Source of the DNA: Mobula birostris
Lineage: Eukaryota
DNA length: 64,000 bases
Reading direction: 5' to 3'
Assembly: GCF_030028105.1 (NCBI RefSeq)
Contig: NC_092379.1
Location: forward strand, 63,934,008 to 63,998,007
Shown: positions 46,341 to 57,237 of the stretch, one piece after another
Numbering within the stretch: position 1 is the first letter of the stretch
Layout of the letters: each line of letters begins with the position of its first letter
The notes under the pieces: model-generated
The model's database searches: none
Seen by the model: the letters and a program-made list of their open reading frames with translations, nothing else
Told to the model about the DNA's origin: nothing
Position numbers and translations under genes: made by a program

Positions 46341-48799
46341 GTCGAGGTATGCAGAAACGAGTTTGGTGGGGCAGGAGCAAGCTGAGCCAATAGGTCTGCC
46401 AGGACAGGCAGGTTTGTGGATCTTGGGTAGGAGGTAGAAACGGGAAGTGCAGGGTGTGGGAACTATAAGGTTGGTCGCAGTGGATGGGAGATCCCCTGAG
46501 CGGATAAAGTCGGTGCGATGGGAGATCCCCTGGATTGGGACAGGCTGCTTTCTGGCAAAAGGTGCACTTGGTAAGTGGAAAGCCTTCAGAAATGAAATTT
46601 TGAGAGTACAAAGCTTGTATTTGCCTGTCAGAATATAAGCTAAAGATTACAGGTTTAGGGGACCTTGGTTTTCAAGAGATATCGAGGTCATTGTTAAGAG
46701 AAAAAATCTGTATATCTGGTATAAGCAGGTAGGAACAAATGAGATACTTATGGAGTATAAGAAATGCAAGAGAACACTTAAAGAAATCAGGAAGGCTAAA
46801 AGAAGGCATCGTGTTGCCCTAGGAGACAAAGTGAAGCAGAATGCTAAGGGATCCTAAAGACATGTTAAGAGCAAATGGATTGCATGGTACAAAATTAGTA
46901 GTCCTGAAGATCAGATGGTAATCCATGCATGGAGCCAAAAGAGATGGGGGAGAAGTTAAATGAATTTTTTTGCAGCTGTATTTACTCAGGAGATGGACAC
47001 AGAGTCTATAGAAGTGAGACAAAGTGGCATCAACTTCATGAACCCTGTACAGATTACAGAGGAGGAGGTGTTTGCTGTCTTGGGGTAAATTAGGGTGGTT
47101 AAATCCCCAGGCATGAGAAGGTGTTCCCTCAGACCCTGTGGCAGGCAACAGCAGAAATTGCCGGGGCCCTAGCAGAGAGATTTAAATCATCCTTAGCAAC
47201 AGGTGAGATACCAGAGGGCTGGAGGATAGCCAATGTTGTTCTGCTTTTTTAAGAAAGGCTCTATATAGTAAACCAGGAAATTATATGCCAATGAGCCTGA
47301 CATCAGTAGTGAGAAAGTTATTAGAAGGTGTTCTAAGGGACCGAATATATGAGTATTTGGATAGACAGGGACTGATTAGGGATAATCAGCATGGCTTTAT
47401 GTGTGGTAGGTCGTGTCTAGCCAATCTTACAAAGTTTTTTGAGGAAGTTACCAGGAAAGTTGATGAAGACAGTGGATTTTGTCTGCATGGACTTTAGAAT
47501 GGCAGTTAACAAGGTCCCACATGGGAGGTTGGTCAAGAAGATTCAGTCGCTCGGCATTCAAGACGAGGAGGCAGTAAATTGGATTAGACATTGGCTTTGT
47601 GGGAGAAGCGAGAGAGTGGTAGTAGATGATTGCCTCTCTGCCTGGAGGCCTGTGACTACTGGAGTGCCGCAGAGATTGGAACTTGGTCCAGTGTTGTTTG
47701 TCATCTATATCAACAATGTGGATGATAATACAGTAAACTGGATCAGCAAATTTTCAAATAACACCACGATTCGAGGCATAGTCAACAGTGAATAAAACTA
47801 TCACAACTTCCAGCAGGATCTGGACCAGCTGGAAAAGTGGGCTGAAAAATTACAGATGGAGTTTAATGCAGACAAGTGCAAGGTATTGCACTTTGGTAGG
47901 ACTGATCAGGATAGGTCTTAAACAGTGAACGATAGGGCACTGAGAAGTGCTGCAAAACAAAGGCACCTGGGAATACAGGCCCATAATTCTTTGAAAGTGA
48001 CTTCTTAGGTAGACAGGGTCATAGAGAAAGCTTTTGGCACATTGGTATTCATAAATCAAAGTACTGAATACAGGAGATGGGGTGTTATGTTGAAGTTGTA
48101 TAAGATGTTGATGAGGCCTAATTTGGAATATTGTATGGTCACCTGCCTACAGGAAAGATGTAAATAAGATTGATAGAGTACAGAGAAAATTAACAAGAAT
48201 GTTGTGAGGACTGGAAGACCTGAGTTATATGGAATGATTGAATAGGATAGGACTTTATTCCTTGGAATGTAGAAGATTGAGGGGAGATTCGATAGTGGTA
48301 TGCAAATTATGAAGGGTATAGATAGAGTAAACGCAAGCAGGCTTTTTCCACTGAGGTTGGGTGGGACTACAACTAGAGGTCATGGGTTAAGGATGAAATG
48401 TGAAAAGTTTAAAGGGAATGTAAGGAAGAACTTCATCACTCAGAGGGTCAGAAGGAATGAGCAGCCAGCACAAGTGGTGCATGTGAGCTCAATTTCAATG
48501 TTGAAGGAAAGTTTGGATAGATGCATGAATGGTAGGGGTATAGAGGGTTATGGCAGGTCGATGGGAACGAGCAGTTTAAATGGTTTGGTATAGACTAGAG
48601 GGGCTGAAGGGCCTGTTTCTCTGCTGTACTTTCCTATGACTCAATGACTTTTAACACAGCACACAATTTATGGTCAGCCAGGCAGCAGTGATCCTCCAGG
48701 CAGCAGTGATACCCATTATCCTATACCTTTTGAAATCTAAACTGCTCACAGCAGGCATCCAAAGCACTTAAGAGGCACCACCAACATTGTATCAGCAAA

Positions 48800-49382
48800 A
48801 TTCTCCAAGCACACTGCCAAGATAAGCAAACTAATTTCAGGCTTCTCTCTGACCCCAATATTCCCAGCTTTGAGGCTCTAATTACACTAAGTCAGTGACA
48901 TTAGATAGGCCATGCCATTCTTAGACCCAACAACTACTCCTTGGTCTGTCATGGCATGAGACCGCAAGAAGACAGTGAAATTGCTGAAAGAAGTTCCCAA
49001 CATGTATGGAAAAAGAGAAACATCTTCAACTGTACCCTAACACATCACTGCTCAAAATGGAGAAAGTATATTTGGGATGACACAGAGAATCTCTAATCTC
49101 TTTGATAAGAAAACACCCGTAGGTCAAGTGAAAATGGCAGAAGGAGCGAGGCACGTGCATCCATCTGCTACATCAGGCATCTCTGCCCACTTTTGACTGA
49201 GTCTGCAGGCCCTACACTGGCCTCTCTGGGTAGCCACTTGTGATTGACCTGGAAGATGAATTCTGTTCCTCTCACACAAAAGATTGCCCAACCCTGCTAA
49301 ACATTTCCAGCATTTTCTGAGCCCACAGAACTTAGATGAAAGCAGATCATCCTACAACTTGAGGGTCTGCCTGAGAAGAAAA
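48800..49382 (+). mobile_element. Old RTE-clade LINE 3' region, with a decayed Penelope-end piece at about 49245-49320
   Basis: NIPSFEALITLSQ*H*IGHA resembles the RTE C-terminus; tail atcatcctacaacttgagggtctgcctgagaagaa. Confidence 0.6.
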
Positions 49383-50149
49383 TCTCATACTATTTTTCTC
49401 ATTGGTTATGTAATTTAAAGTTGTGTGTTATCTGCAAATCTCAAAATTTGTTCGATACCCACAAGCTCACATCATTAATGCATATCAAGGAAGGCAGTGT
49501 TCTAAAATCAACACTATGAGTTTTCTTCCAGTCAGCTCAGTATCATCCACCACAAATTTATATTTTCTATTCTTTGGTAATGTTATCTCTGCCACTTTTA
49601 ACCTTGATCAAGATCTAATATGAGATATTTTGCTAAGCAGCTTTTTAAATCCCAATGTCCACAAGATCATCTTCATTGCCCCTATTTGTCTTCTCTGTTA
49701 CCTAATCAAAGGTCTTAAAAAGTCAGTCCAGAAAACTTTCCTCATTTAAAAATATCTGTCTGGTTCTTTGTTATTGGTTCAAATTTGTCTGAGTGGAAGT
49801 GAATTATCTGTTGTTTCTGAAATGGGTTACAGTCCTAGGGTGCCAATTCTGTATCCTAAGGAAGTTTAGAAGGTTCTAGCCAGTATCTTTACAATTTCAA
49901 CCTTTACGTTGTTCTGTCCGTATCTCAAGATGCACCTGGTTCAGACCAATTTCTGTCTGTGACCTCTCAAGGAAATACTTCTCTGGTAGCACTTACAATT
50001 AACATTTTGCTACAGAAATCATATACTGTAAAGGAGAGTCATTAAGTCCAGTGGAAGGACTGTTCAATTCTGCTATTGTCATTTTTTTTAACCATGAAGT
50101 GAGGTTCATGATTTTGAGCAATGATTTTTGTTTTAAATATCCACCTAAA

Positions 50150-50300
50150 CCACCAGACAGGATGTAGGACTTCTGTTCAGAACAAGAGCTGATAACTCTG
50201 AAATGCAGTATTCCTTCAGTACAATATTCAGCTATCAATGGATCTTAGGTATTCAAACTTTTGATTAGGAGATGAAAAAGCTGTTAACTCAGCTAACGTA
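50150..50300 (-). mobile_element. DeuSINE head remnant
   Basis: tgcagtattccttcagtac...ttttgattaggagatgaaaaagctgttaactcagc resembles the reversed DeuSINE head. Confidence 0.4.
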
Positions 50301-50324
50301 AGTAGTCCTTCAGAATCGTACAGT

Positions 50325-50632
50325 GAGGTGGCATAGTAGCATAGTAGTTAGCACAATTCTTTTTCAGAACCAGAGACCCAGGCTTAATTCCCACCACTGT
50401 CTGTAAGGAGTTTATACGTTCTCCCCATAACCGCGTGGGTTTCCTCCATGTGCTCCGGTTTCCTCCCTCAGTCCAATGATGTACCCATTGGTAGGTTAAT
50501 TGGTGACTGTAGGTTGTCCCATGATTAGGCTAGGGTTAAATTGGGGGATTGCTGGGTGGCATGTTTCAAAGGGTTGGAAGAGCCTATTCAGCACTATATC
50601 TCAATTAATCAATCAATAAATAAATAAATAAA
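50325..50632 (+). mobile_element. Complete tRNA-derived V-SINE (HE1-like)
   Basis: A box-like tagcatagtagttagcac, B box-like ggcttaattccc, V domain gcgtgggtttcctccatgtgctccggtttcctccc, (aaat)n tail. Confidence 0.9.
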
Positions 50633-50759
50633 TGTTGTGATGCGTACACTTGTGCTTCATCACCATTTGATTATATGCCATCAGAGCACAGAGGTCAAGG
50701 GCATCTGCTCTAGATAAGGTGGTAAGCCATTAAAAGCGCAGAGACAGAGTATCACTTCC

Positions 50760-52180
50760 CTCACCATTTTGAAAAATAGAGGAGACCTGGGATTTGGAAG
50801 TTGCTTTATGAAGGAAGACTGAGCAGAATGAACTTGTACTTAGGAATGTTGAAGATTAAGACTTAGTTTCATTGAAACATTCAAGCTTCTGGGAGACTTT
50901 GGCGGGAAAGATGCTGTGATGATGTTTCCTCAGGTGGTAGAACCAGGAACCAGGAGATACTGAGGAAGGAATCAGCCCTATATGACTGAGGCAAGAAAAG
51001 ACCATGTACTTGTTGTGAATCTGTGAAATTTTCTTCTGCAAAGAGTTGTTGAACATATTCAAGGCTAGGTTAACATTTTGAACCGTAGAGAAATTAAGGG
51101 TTAGGGAGCTCAGGTTGAAGCCAAAAATCAGATTAGACATAATCCCACTGGTGATCAAGACAGCTCTAGTGGCTGTATGATGTCCTTCTGCTTCTGCTTC
51201 CTATGTTCTTGTTCCAAACTCTCCAATCAGTTCTTCCCTCTGCTATAAAATGGAAAAGTTGTTGCTTTGCTTAAACTCACAGAGTGGTATAGCTTAGAAG
51301 AGGCCTTCCAGTCCATTAGACCTATGCCAACTATTTTCCTAATCCCAACTGCCTACATTAGCCCTGTCCTTCTATGCTCCATCTATTCAAGTGTCAGCCT
51401 AAATCTCTCTGAAATGTAGTGAATTTACACTGTCAACAGCGTTTCAGATGACGACCATTCTCTCTGTAAAATCCCCGCAGATCTCCTTCAAAACACCTTC
51501 CATCCACCTTAAGTGTTTATTTACTTATTTTTGACAGTTACATTTTGGGGAATAGCTTGTTTCTGCTTTTCTTTATCTACCTCTGTCAGTTCTCAGCCTT
51601 TGCTCCAGGAAAAAGAAGCCCAGCCATCCCATGCAATGTTTTCACAGGTGATTTATCAGTCTCAGAGGTAATAGAGCATGGAAGCAGACTCTGGAGCCCA
51701 ACTTGTCCTTGCCAACCACAATGCCCATCTAAGCTAATCCCAGCTGTCCACATTTGGCCCATCTCCCTCTAAAAGTTTTCCTTTCTATGTGCCTGTCCAA
51801 ATGCATTTTAACTGTTGTTATCATATTGCATCAAGCACTTTTCTGGCAGCTCGTTCCACCTACTGACCTCACTTGTGTGAAAAAGACTCTCCTAAGGTCC
51901 TTCTCAAACCTTTCCCCTCTCACCTTAAACCTATACCCTTTAGTTTTTTACATTTCCATCTTCTGGGTAAAAGACTGTATGCATCCATCCTATCTCTGCC
52001 CGTCATGATTTTATACAGCTCAATCTCCTGTAGCCCAATGAATAAAGTCTTCACCTTCCCAGTGTCCCCCTATAATTCAGCACCTCCAGTCCTGCAACAT
52101 TCTCATAAATCTTCTTTGCAGTCTTTTCAGCTCATCTTTCCCATAACAGGCTAACCAAAAATTGCACACAATACTCCAAT
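50760..52180. mobile_element. Cluster of three old CR1 3' fragments (about 50760-51212 +, 51280-51640 -, 51665-52180 -)
   Basis: CR1 tail motifs such as ttctgcttcctatgttcttgttcc, ctcaccttaaacctataccc and aattgcacacaatactcca. Confidence 0.7.
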
Positions 52181-52279
52181 AGTCCTTGTGCTCCTAAGTT
52201 CTCTATCATTTAAAATAACCTTGCCATTCTGATTTGATTCCAAGTGCCACTGATCTGGTTAGCACTGCTTTGACCTAAC

Positions 52280-52705
52280 CATGGAAAGCTTGGGGTCATC
52301 CAATTGAAGTTTCCACCTGCTACTCTTATATATTGGTTTCTAGTTAGACAAAGCTTCAATTTTAAAGTTTTTATTCTTGCTTTTAAACCTCTCCCATCAT
52401 CTCTTATGCTTCCTACCTCTGGAAATTGCTCTAGTCCTATTATCCAAGAATTCTGCACTCTTCTAATTCAAGTTCATCCCCAAATTTGATTGCCCAGCCA
52501 TGGATTGCCACACAAGTCCAAAGGTCTGCAGCTCCATCCTAAACCTTTCTGCTTCTCGACCTCTCTTTTTTCGATAAGATGTTCCTTAAAACATACCTGG
52601 CTGTATATTTGTTGATTTCTTGTATTGTAGTCTGGTGTCAGTTTTTGTTTTTGTGAGGTGTTTCAGACAACTTAAAGGGTGCTTTATAAATGATAAGTGA
52701 TGTAG
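52280..52705 (+). mobile_element. L2-clade LINE 3' end
   Basis: LIYWFLVRQSFNFKVFILAFKPL resembles the L2 LHWLPV..RI.FKIL.L.FK motif; tail aaagggtgctttataaatg. Confidence 0.65.
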
Positions 52706-52811
52706 TGCAGCTACCATAACCTCAGTGGGCAATTACATGATTTGGAAGAGTATTTGCTGATGTCGTGTAAATACTAAAACGTTCTGCACAAGTGAACTGG
52801 CACAAACAAAC

Positions 52812-53085
52812 AATCTGTTTGGTGATGTTAATTCACCAAGGTATAGATACAGTTAGATACAGGTATAGTTAATTCACTGGGGTATAGATATAGGTATCAT
52901 CAATTCACTGAGGTGTAATCTGTTTGGTGATGTTAATTCACTGGGGTATAGATATAGGTATCGTCAATTCACTGAGGTGTAATCTGTTTGGTGATGTTAA
53001 TTCACTGGGGTATAGATATAGGTATCGTTAATTCACTGAGGTATAATCTGTTTGGTGATGTTAATTCACTGAGGTATAGATATGG
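52812..53085. repeat. Compound minisatellite, 64-bp period with an aattcactg(a/g)ggt sub-repeat
   Basis: aatctgtttggtgatgttaattcac at 52812, 52917, 52981 and 53045. Confidence 0.92.
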
Positions 53086-53111
53086 GATAGTGCTCCAGAC
53101 TTACTTTAACA

Positions 53112-53595
53112 GAGAACATAGAATAGAACTGTGCGGGAGCAAGCCCTTAGGCCCACAATGCAGTGCTGAACCAGCTAAAAAGTAAATCAAAAACCCCCCA
53201 AACACTAATCCCTCCTACCTGCACAACGTCCATATCCATTCACCTTCCTCACATCCATGTGCCTATCCAATCATCTCTTAAAAGCCTCTATTGTATTTGC
53301 CTCTACCACCACACTGGGCAGCACATTCCAGGCATCCACCACTCTCTGAGTAAAAAACTTACCCCTCACATCCCCTTTGAAACCAGCCCCTCTCACCTTC
53401 AATGTATGGCCTCTGGTATCAGACATTTCCACACTGAGAAACAGATACTCTCTGTCTACTCTACCTATGACTCTCATAAACTTATAAATCTCGATCAGTT
53501 CTCCCTCAGCCTCTGCCACTCCAGAGAAAACATCCTAAGCTTGTCCAGCCTTTCATGATAGCAAATGCCCTCTAAACCAGGCAGTATCCTGGTTC
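53112..53595 (-). mobile_element. CR1 3' fragment
   Basis: GELIEIYKFMR..TRGHTLKVRGAGFKGDVRGKFFTQRVVDAWNVLP. Confidence 0.92.
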
Positions 53596-54219
53596 AGTAT
53601 TAATTTCAAAAATCACCAGCTAAAAGGAAGCAAGAACCAATTCAGGGAGAGGTAACGTTTCAGCATGGCTCCTGTGCTGGGAGGAGCAGAACTCCTTCTA
53701 CCAACGTTATCCTGATGCACATCAGCCGCTGTTCACTGCACCCTAAACCCCTAATAGAAAGACTTCAGTTCCTTCTTCCAACTAACTCACCAAACTGCTC
53801 ATCCCTCCCCTCCCCATCCCCATCCCCTCACCACACTCACTCTACTAATATCAACCGTAGCAACCTGTCAGATACAAGCTTCACACACTGTGTGGTTAAT
53901 GCTAAAAAGCATGAACCTCTGGGCTTCCTGTATAAAGTACTGCTCCTCCCCCACCCACTCATTTAAATTACCATGTCTTCTTTTGCAATGAGAGAAGAGG
54001 CTTAATTGAAATGTTCAAAATTATCATGACAGAGTAAATTGCAAAGTGACAGAGGATCAGTAACCAAAGAAAGCAGAAACCCTGAGGGATAAGGAAATTC
54101 TTCTATGATGCAATTTATTCTGCGATGAAATATTGATTCTATACCAACAGGAAAGCAGCTACACTTAAAAAGGACACATTTGTAATACACGACAGGAAGA
54201 ACTGGTGATATAGTCAATA

Positions 54220-54500
54220 TCTCTCTGAAAGTGGCAACTCAGTTAGAAAGGGTAGTAAGGAAGGTGTGTCAGTGGTTGGGGTGCCGAGTATGCAAACTGA
54301 GAAGTTATGTTGCAGCTGTATTAAAGTTCGGTTGGACCACATGCAAAGCTTTGTGTGCAGTTTGAGTTGCCACATCACAAAAGCAAAAAGGATGTGGAAG
54401 CTTCGAGGAGGATACAGAAGAGGTTCATGGGGATGCTGCTTGGATTAAAGGGTATTAGCTCTGAGGATAATTGTTTCTCTGGGATGTCAGAGGCTGAAAG
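54220..54500 (+). mobile_element. Old CR1 RT C-terminal fragment
   Basis: ctctctgaaagtggcaactcag; KKDVEASRRIQKRFMGMLLGLKG. Confidence 0.7.
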
Positions 54501-54726
54501 GCAACATGGTATTGGTTTTGTTATTGTCACATATACCGAGATACAGTGAGAAAACTTATTTTTTCAAGTCATACCTACAAATAATTTCAAAACATAAGTA
54601 CTTTCAGGTATTAGGAATAAGAGGATGTAGAGTATAGTGTTCTATTTACAGAGGAAATGGAGTGTAGATGCAAGGGCAAAGATGATGTAGATTGTAACAA
54701 TAATTATCATACGGAGCTGATGGAAG

Positions 54727-55160
54727 TACACACAGTGTGCTTCCTGGGCTTCCTGTACCTAATAAAGAGGCCACTAAGTGTATTTGATGGTCTTCTGCAG
54801 TCCATCCACTTCAAGCTTCAATATCTTGTGCATTCAAAGGTGTTCTTCTGCACACCACTGTTGTAATACATAGTTATTTGAGTTACTGTTACCTTCCTGT
54901 CAGCTTGAACCAGTCTGGCCATTCTTCTCTGACCTCTCTCATTAACAAGGCGTTCTCGCCTACAGGACTACCACTCACTGGATGTTCTTTTTTTTTGTTT
55001 TTCACATCATTCTCTGTAAACTCTAGAGACTGTTGTGCATGAAGATCCCAGGAGATCAGCAGTTTCTGAGTTACTCAAACCACCCCATCTGGTACCAACA
55101 ATCGTTACATAGTCAAAGTCACTGAGCGCACATTTCTTCCCCATATCGAGGTTTGGTTCA
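54727..55160 (-). mobile_element. Non-autonomous Tc1-like transposon with transposase N-terminus remnant
   Basis: Minus ATG at 55144: MGKKCALSDFDYVTIVGTRWGGLSNSETADLLGSSCTTVSRVYRE* (HTH); TIR-type motif gtacctaataaagaggccactaagtgta. Confidence 0.85.
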
Positions 55161-55164
55161 ACAC

Positions 55165-56450
55165 TTCACTCATCCAGGCTGCTGCCCCTACAAGCTTCAA
55201 ATCCACCACGTTCATCCCTGTTGCAGAGAACTGTACATCTTCAGAAGTAAACGATTGCCCAGTGACACTGATAACAATCATCATGAGTGCTTTGAACAGC
55301 TGATAATGGCACATATCAAATACCCCAATGCTGCCTCATTGGACACTCACCACTATGCTAACTGACAAAACTGCTCTGTGACAGATGTTAAGCAACTTCT
55401 AGAGCATTTATACTCTAGCACCTGCCATGCACCTGGCTCTGACACGCCAAGAAAACGAGGACACTTATGTCAGAATGCTGCTTCTGGATTTCAGTTCAGC
55501 ACTCAGCGCTACTGTCCCACAGAGCTTGGTGAGCAAACTCCTACTCCTCGGTCTAAATACACAACTGTGCAACTGGGTGTTGGACTCCCTAATCAACAGA
55601 CCACAGACAGGGTGCACAACCGCTTCACCCTCCCTAGCATCCTCAACACGGGTCCCTCCACCACCCCCCAGGACTGTGTGCTGAGCCCACTGCTGTACAC
55701 TCTGCTCATATGCGACTGCACGGCCAAACACCCAAGCAATCGCATTATCAAGTTTGCCGATGACACGGCAGTGATAAGGCTCACCACCAACAATGATGAG
55801 ATGGCCTACCGAGGGGTGCAAGCACTTGAGGCCTGGTGCCAGGTGAACAACCTCTTCCTTAAAGACAAAGGAGATGGTTGTCACCTTCAGGAGAACCCCC
55901 ACCACTCGCATCACCCTTTACATGCACGGCACAGCAGTGGAAACTGCAAGCAGCTTCAGACTCCTGGGAGTGCACATCTCACACAACCTCTCAGTGACGC
56001 AGAACACATCTTACACAGTAAGGAAAGTTCATCAAAGTTCTACTTCCTGGGGAGGCTGAAGAGAGCTGAACTTTGTACATCCATACTCACGTCATTCTAC
56101 AGATTTGCAGTGGAGAGCATCCTAACAAGCTGCATTACTGCTTGGGACAGTAACTGCACTGCAGTGGACAGGAAGACTCTACAGCAGATAGTCAAAACTG
56201 CCCAATGCATCACCGGACCAGCCTACCCTCCACCAAGGACATACATACAGAAGGGTGCCAGAAATGGGCCAGTAACATCATTAAGGATCCCACCCACACT
56301 GCCCGTCAACTGTTTGTCCCACTCCCATCAGGGAGGAGGCTACATAGCATCCAAGCCAGGACCACCAGACTCAAAAACAGTTACTTTCCCCAAGCAGTAA
56401 GGCTGATCAACACCTCCACCCACAAACTCCACCACTACTTTATCACTTTT
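55165..56450 (+). mobile_element. Rex1/Babar LINE RT region (frameshifted)
   Basis: [68 protein letters not shown]. Confidence 0.92.
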
Positions 56451-56701
56451 GTTCATTGGTGAGACTGCGTGAGGTTTAAAAAGAGCTCGTGGCCTTTCGG
56501 TGGGCTGCAAACATTGTGATCTTTCAGGCACTCGGCAGGGGGCAATAAAAGGAAGTGAGATGTAAAATGGAGCAGGCATTGTGTGAGAGGGCCAGTGTTA
56601 GGATGGTCAGGTTTTGGCTCAGCAGATTTAGGAGAGAACAGGAGTAGGCTAAAACTTAAGCTTGAGAAGTTAGAGGTATAACCAGTGTAGGCAGGAAGGT
56701 A

Positions 56702-57237
56702 CAGTACTGTGCAAAAGTTTTAGGTACATATACATAGCTAGGGTGCCTAGAACTTTTGCACAGTACTGTCATAATTTTATGGATTGCATTGTACTCCTGC
56801 CACAAAAAAAACAAATTCCATGAGAAATGTGAGCGGTGATAAACCTGCTTCTGATATGGGTCTCCATTATGGTCCGAGACAGGGAAGGAGGCAGGGGGAA
56901 GGAATTTATGGTTGGGAAAATGGGAAGGGAGAGGGGAGGGAGCAGGAAGTTTCTGAAGGACATTCTGTAATGATCAAAAAAATACAATTGCTTGGAATAG
57001 AATGACCTTACCTCAGGGCTGGGTGTGTCTGCACCCATGCTATCCCCCTCCCGGCCACCCCTTCTCTGCCACCTGTCCCCTGCACTTCCCATGGTCCTCC
57101 ACCCTCACCATTCCCAACATCCTTTGCTCCCACCAGATTTACAAACTCGCTCTCTGCTCCATGTTGACAAATACAGTACTGTGCAACGTCTTAGGCACCC
57201 TAGCTGTATATATGCCTAAGACCTTTGCACAGTACTG
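56702..57237. mobile_element. Tc1/mariner-type compound MITE with self-palindromic termini of about 67 bp
   Basis: ta|cagtactgtgcaaaagt...acttttgcacagtactg (56702-56768) and its reverse complement at about 57174-57237. Confidence 0.88.

Larger units (their letters stand above)
44473..46530 (-). mobile_element. 5'-truncated Penelope-like element (RT and GIY-YIG), relatively young
   Basis: Splits the CR1 sequence ctggcaagtgtgg|attgggacagg; PLE RT and endonuclease motifs; pyrimidine-rich 3' UTR; terminal hammerhead. Confidence 0.95.
42330..48650 (+). mobile_element. Full-length degenerate CR1 LINE interrupted by Penelope
   Basis: CCAAT-rich 5' UTR; ORF1 CFTCRMC..YTCEKCVQLQLL, FPGARVQDI, VVVHVGTND; ORF2 AISETWL, QHGFMCGRSCLANL, GVPQRLELGP; tail ctgctgtactttcctatgactcaatgact. 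Confidence 0.93.

Noticed and set aside
50325-50400. tRNA gene
   Set aside because: It is the degenerate tRNA-derived head of a V-SINE and gives no cloverleaf.
55378-56400. 340-aa ORF as an intact protein
   Set aside because: It moves in and out of the Rex1/Babar RT frame, so it is an open frame by chance across frameshifts.
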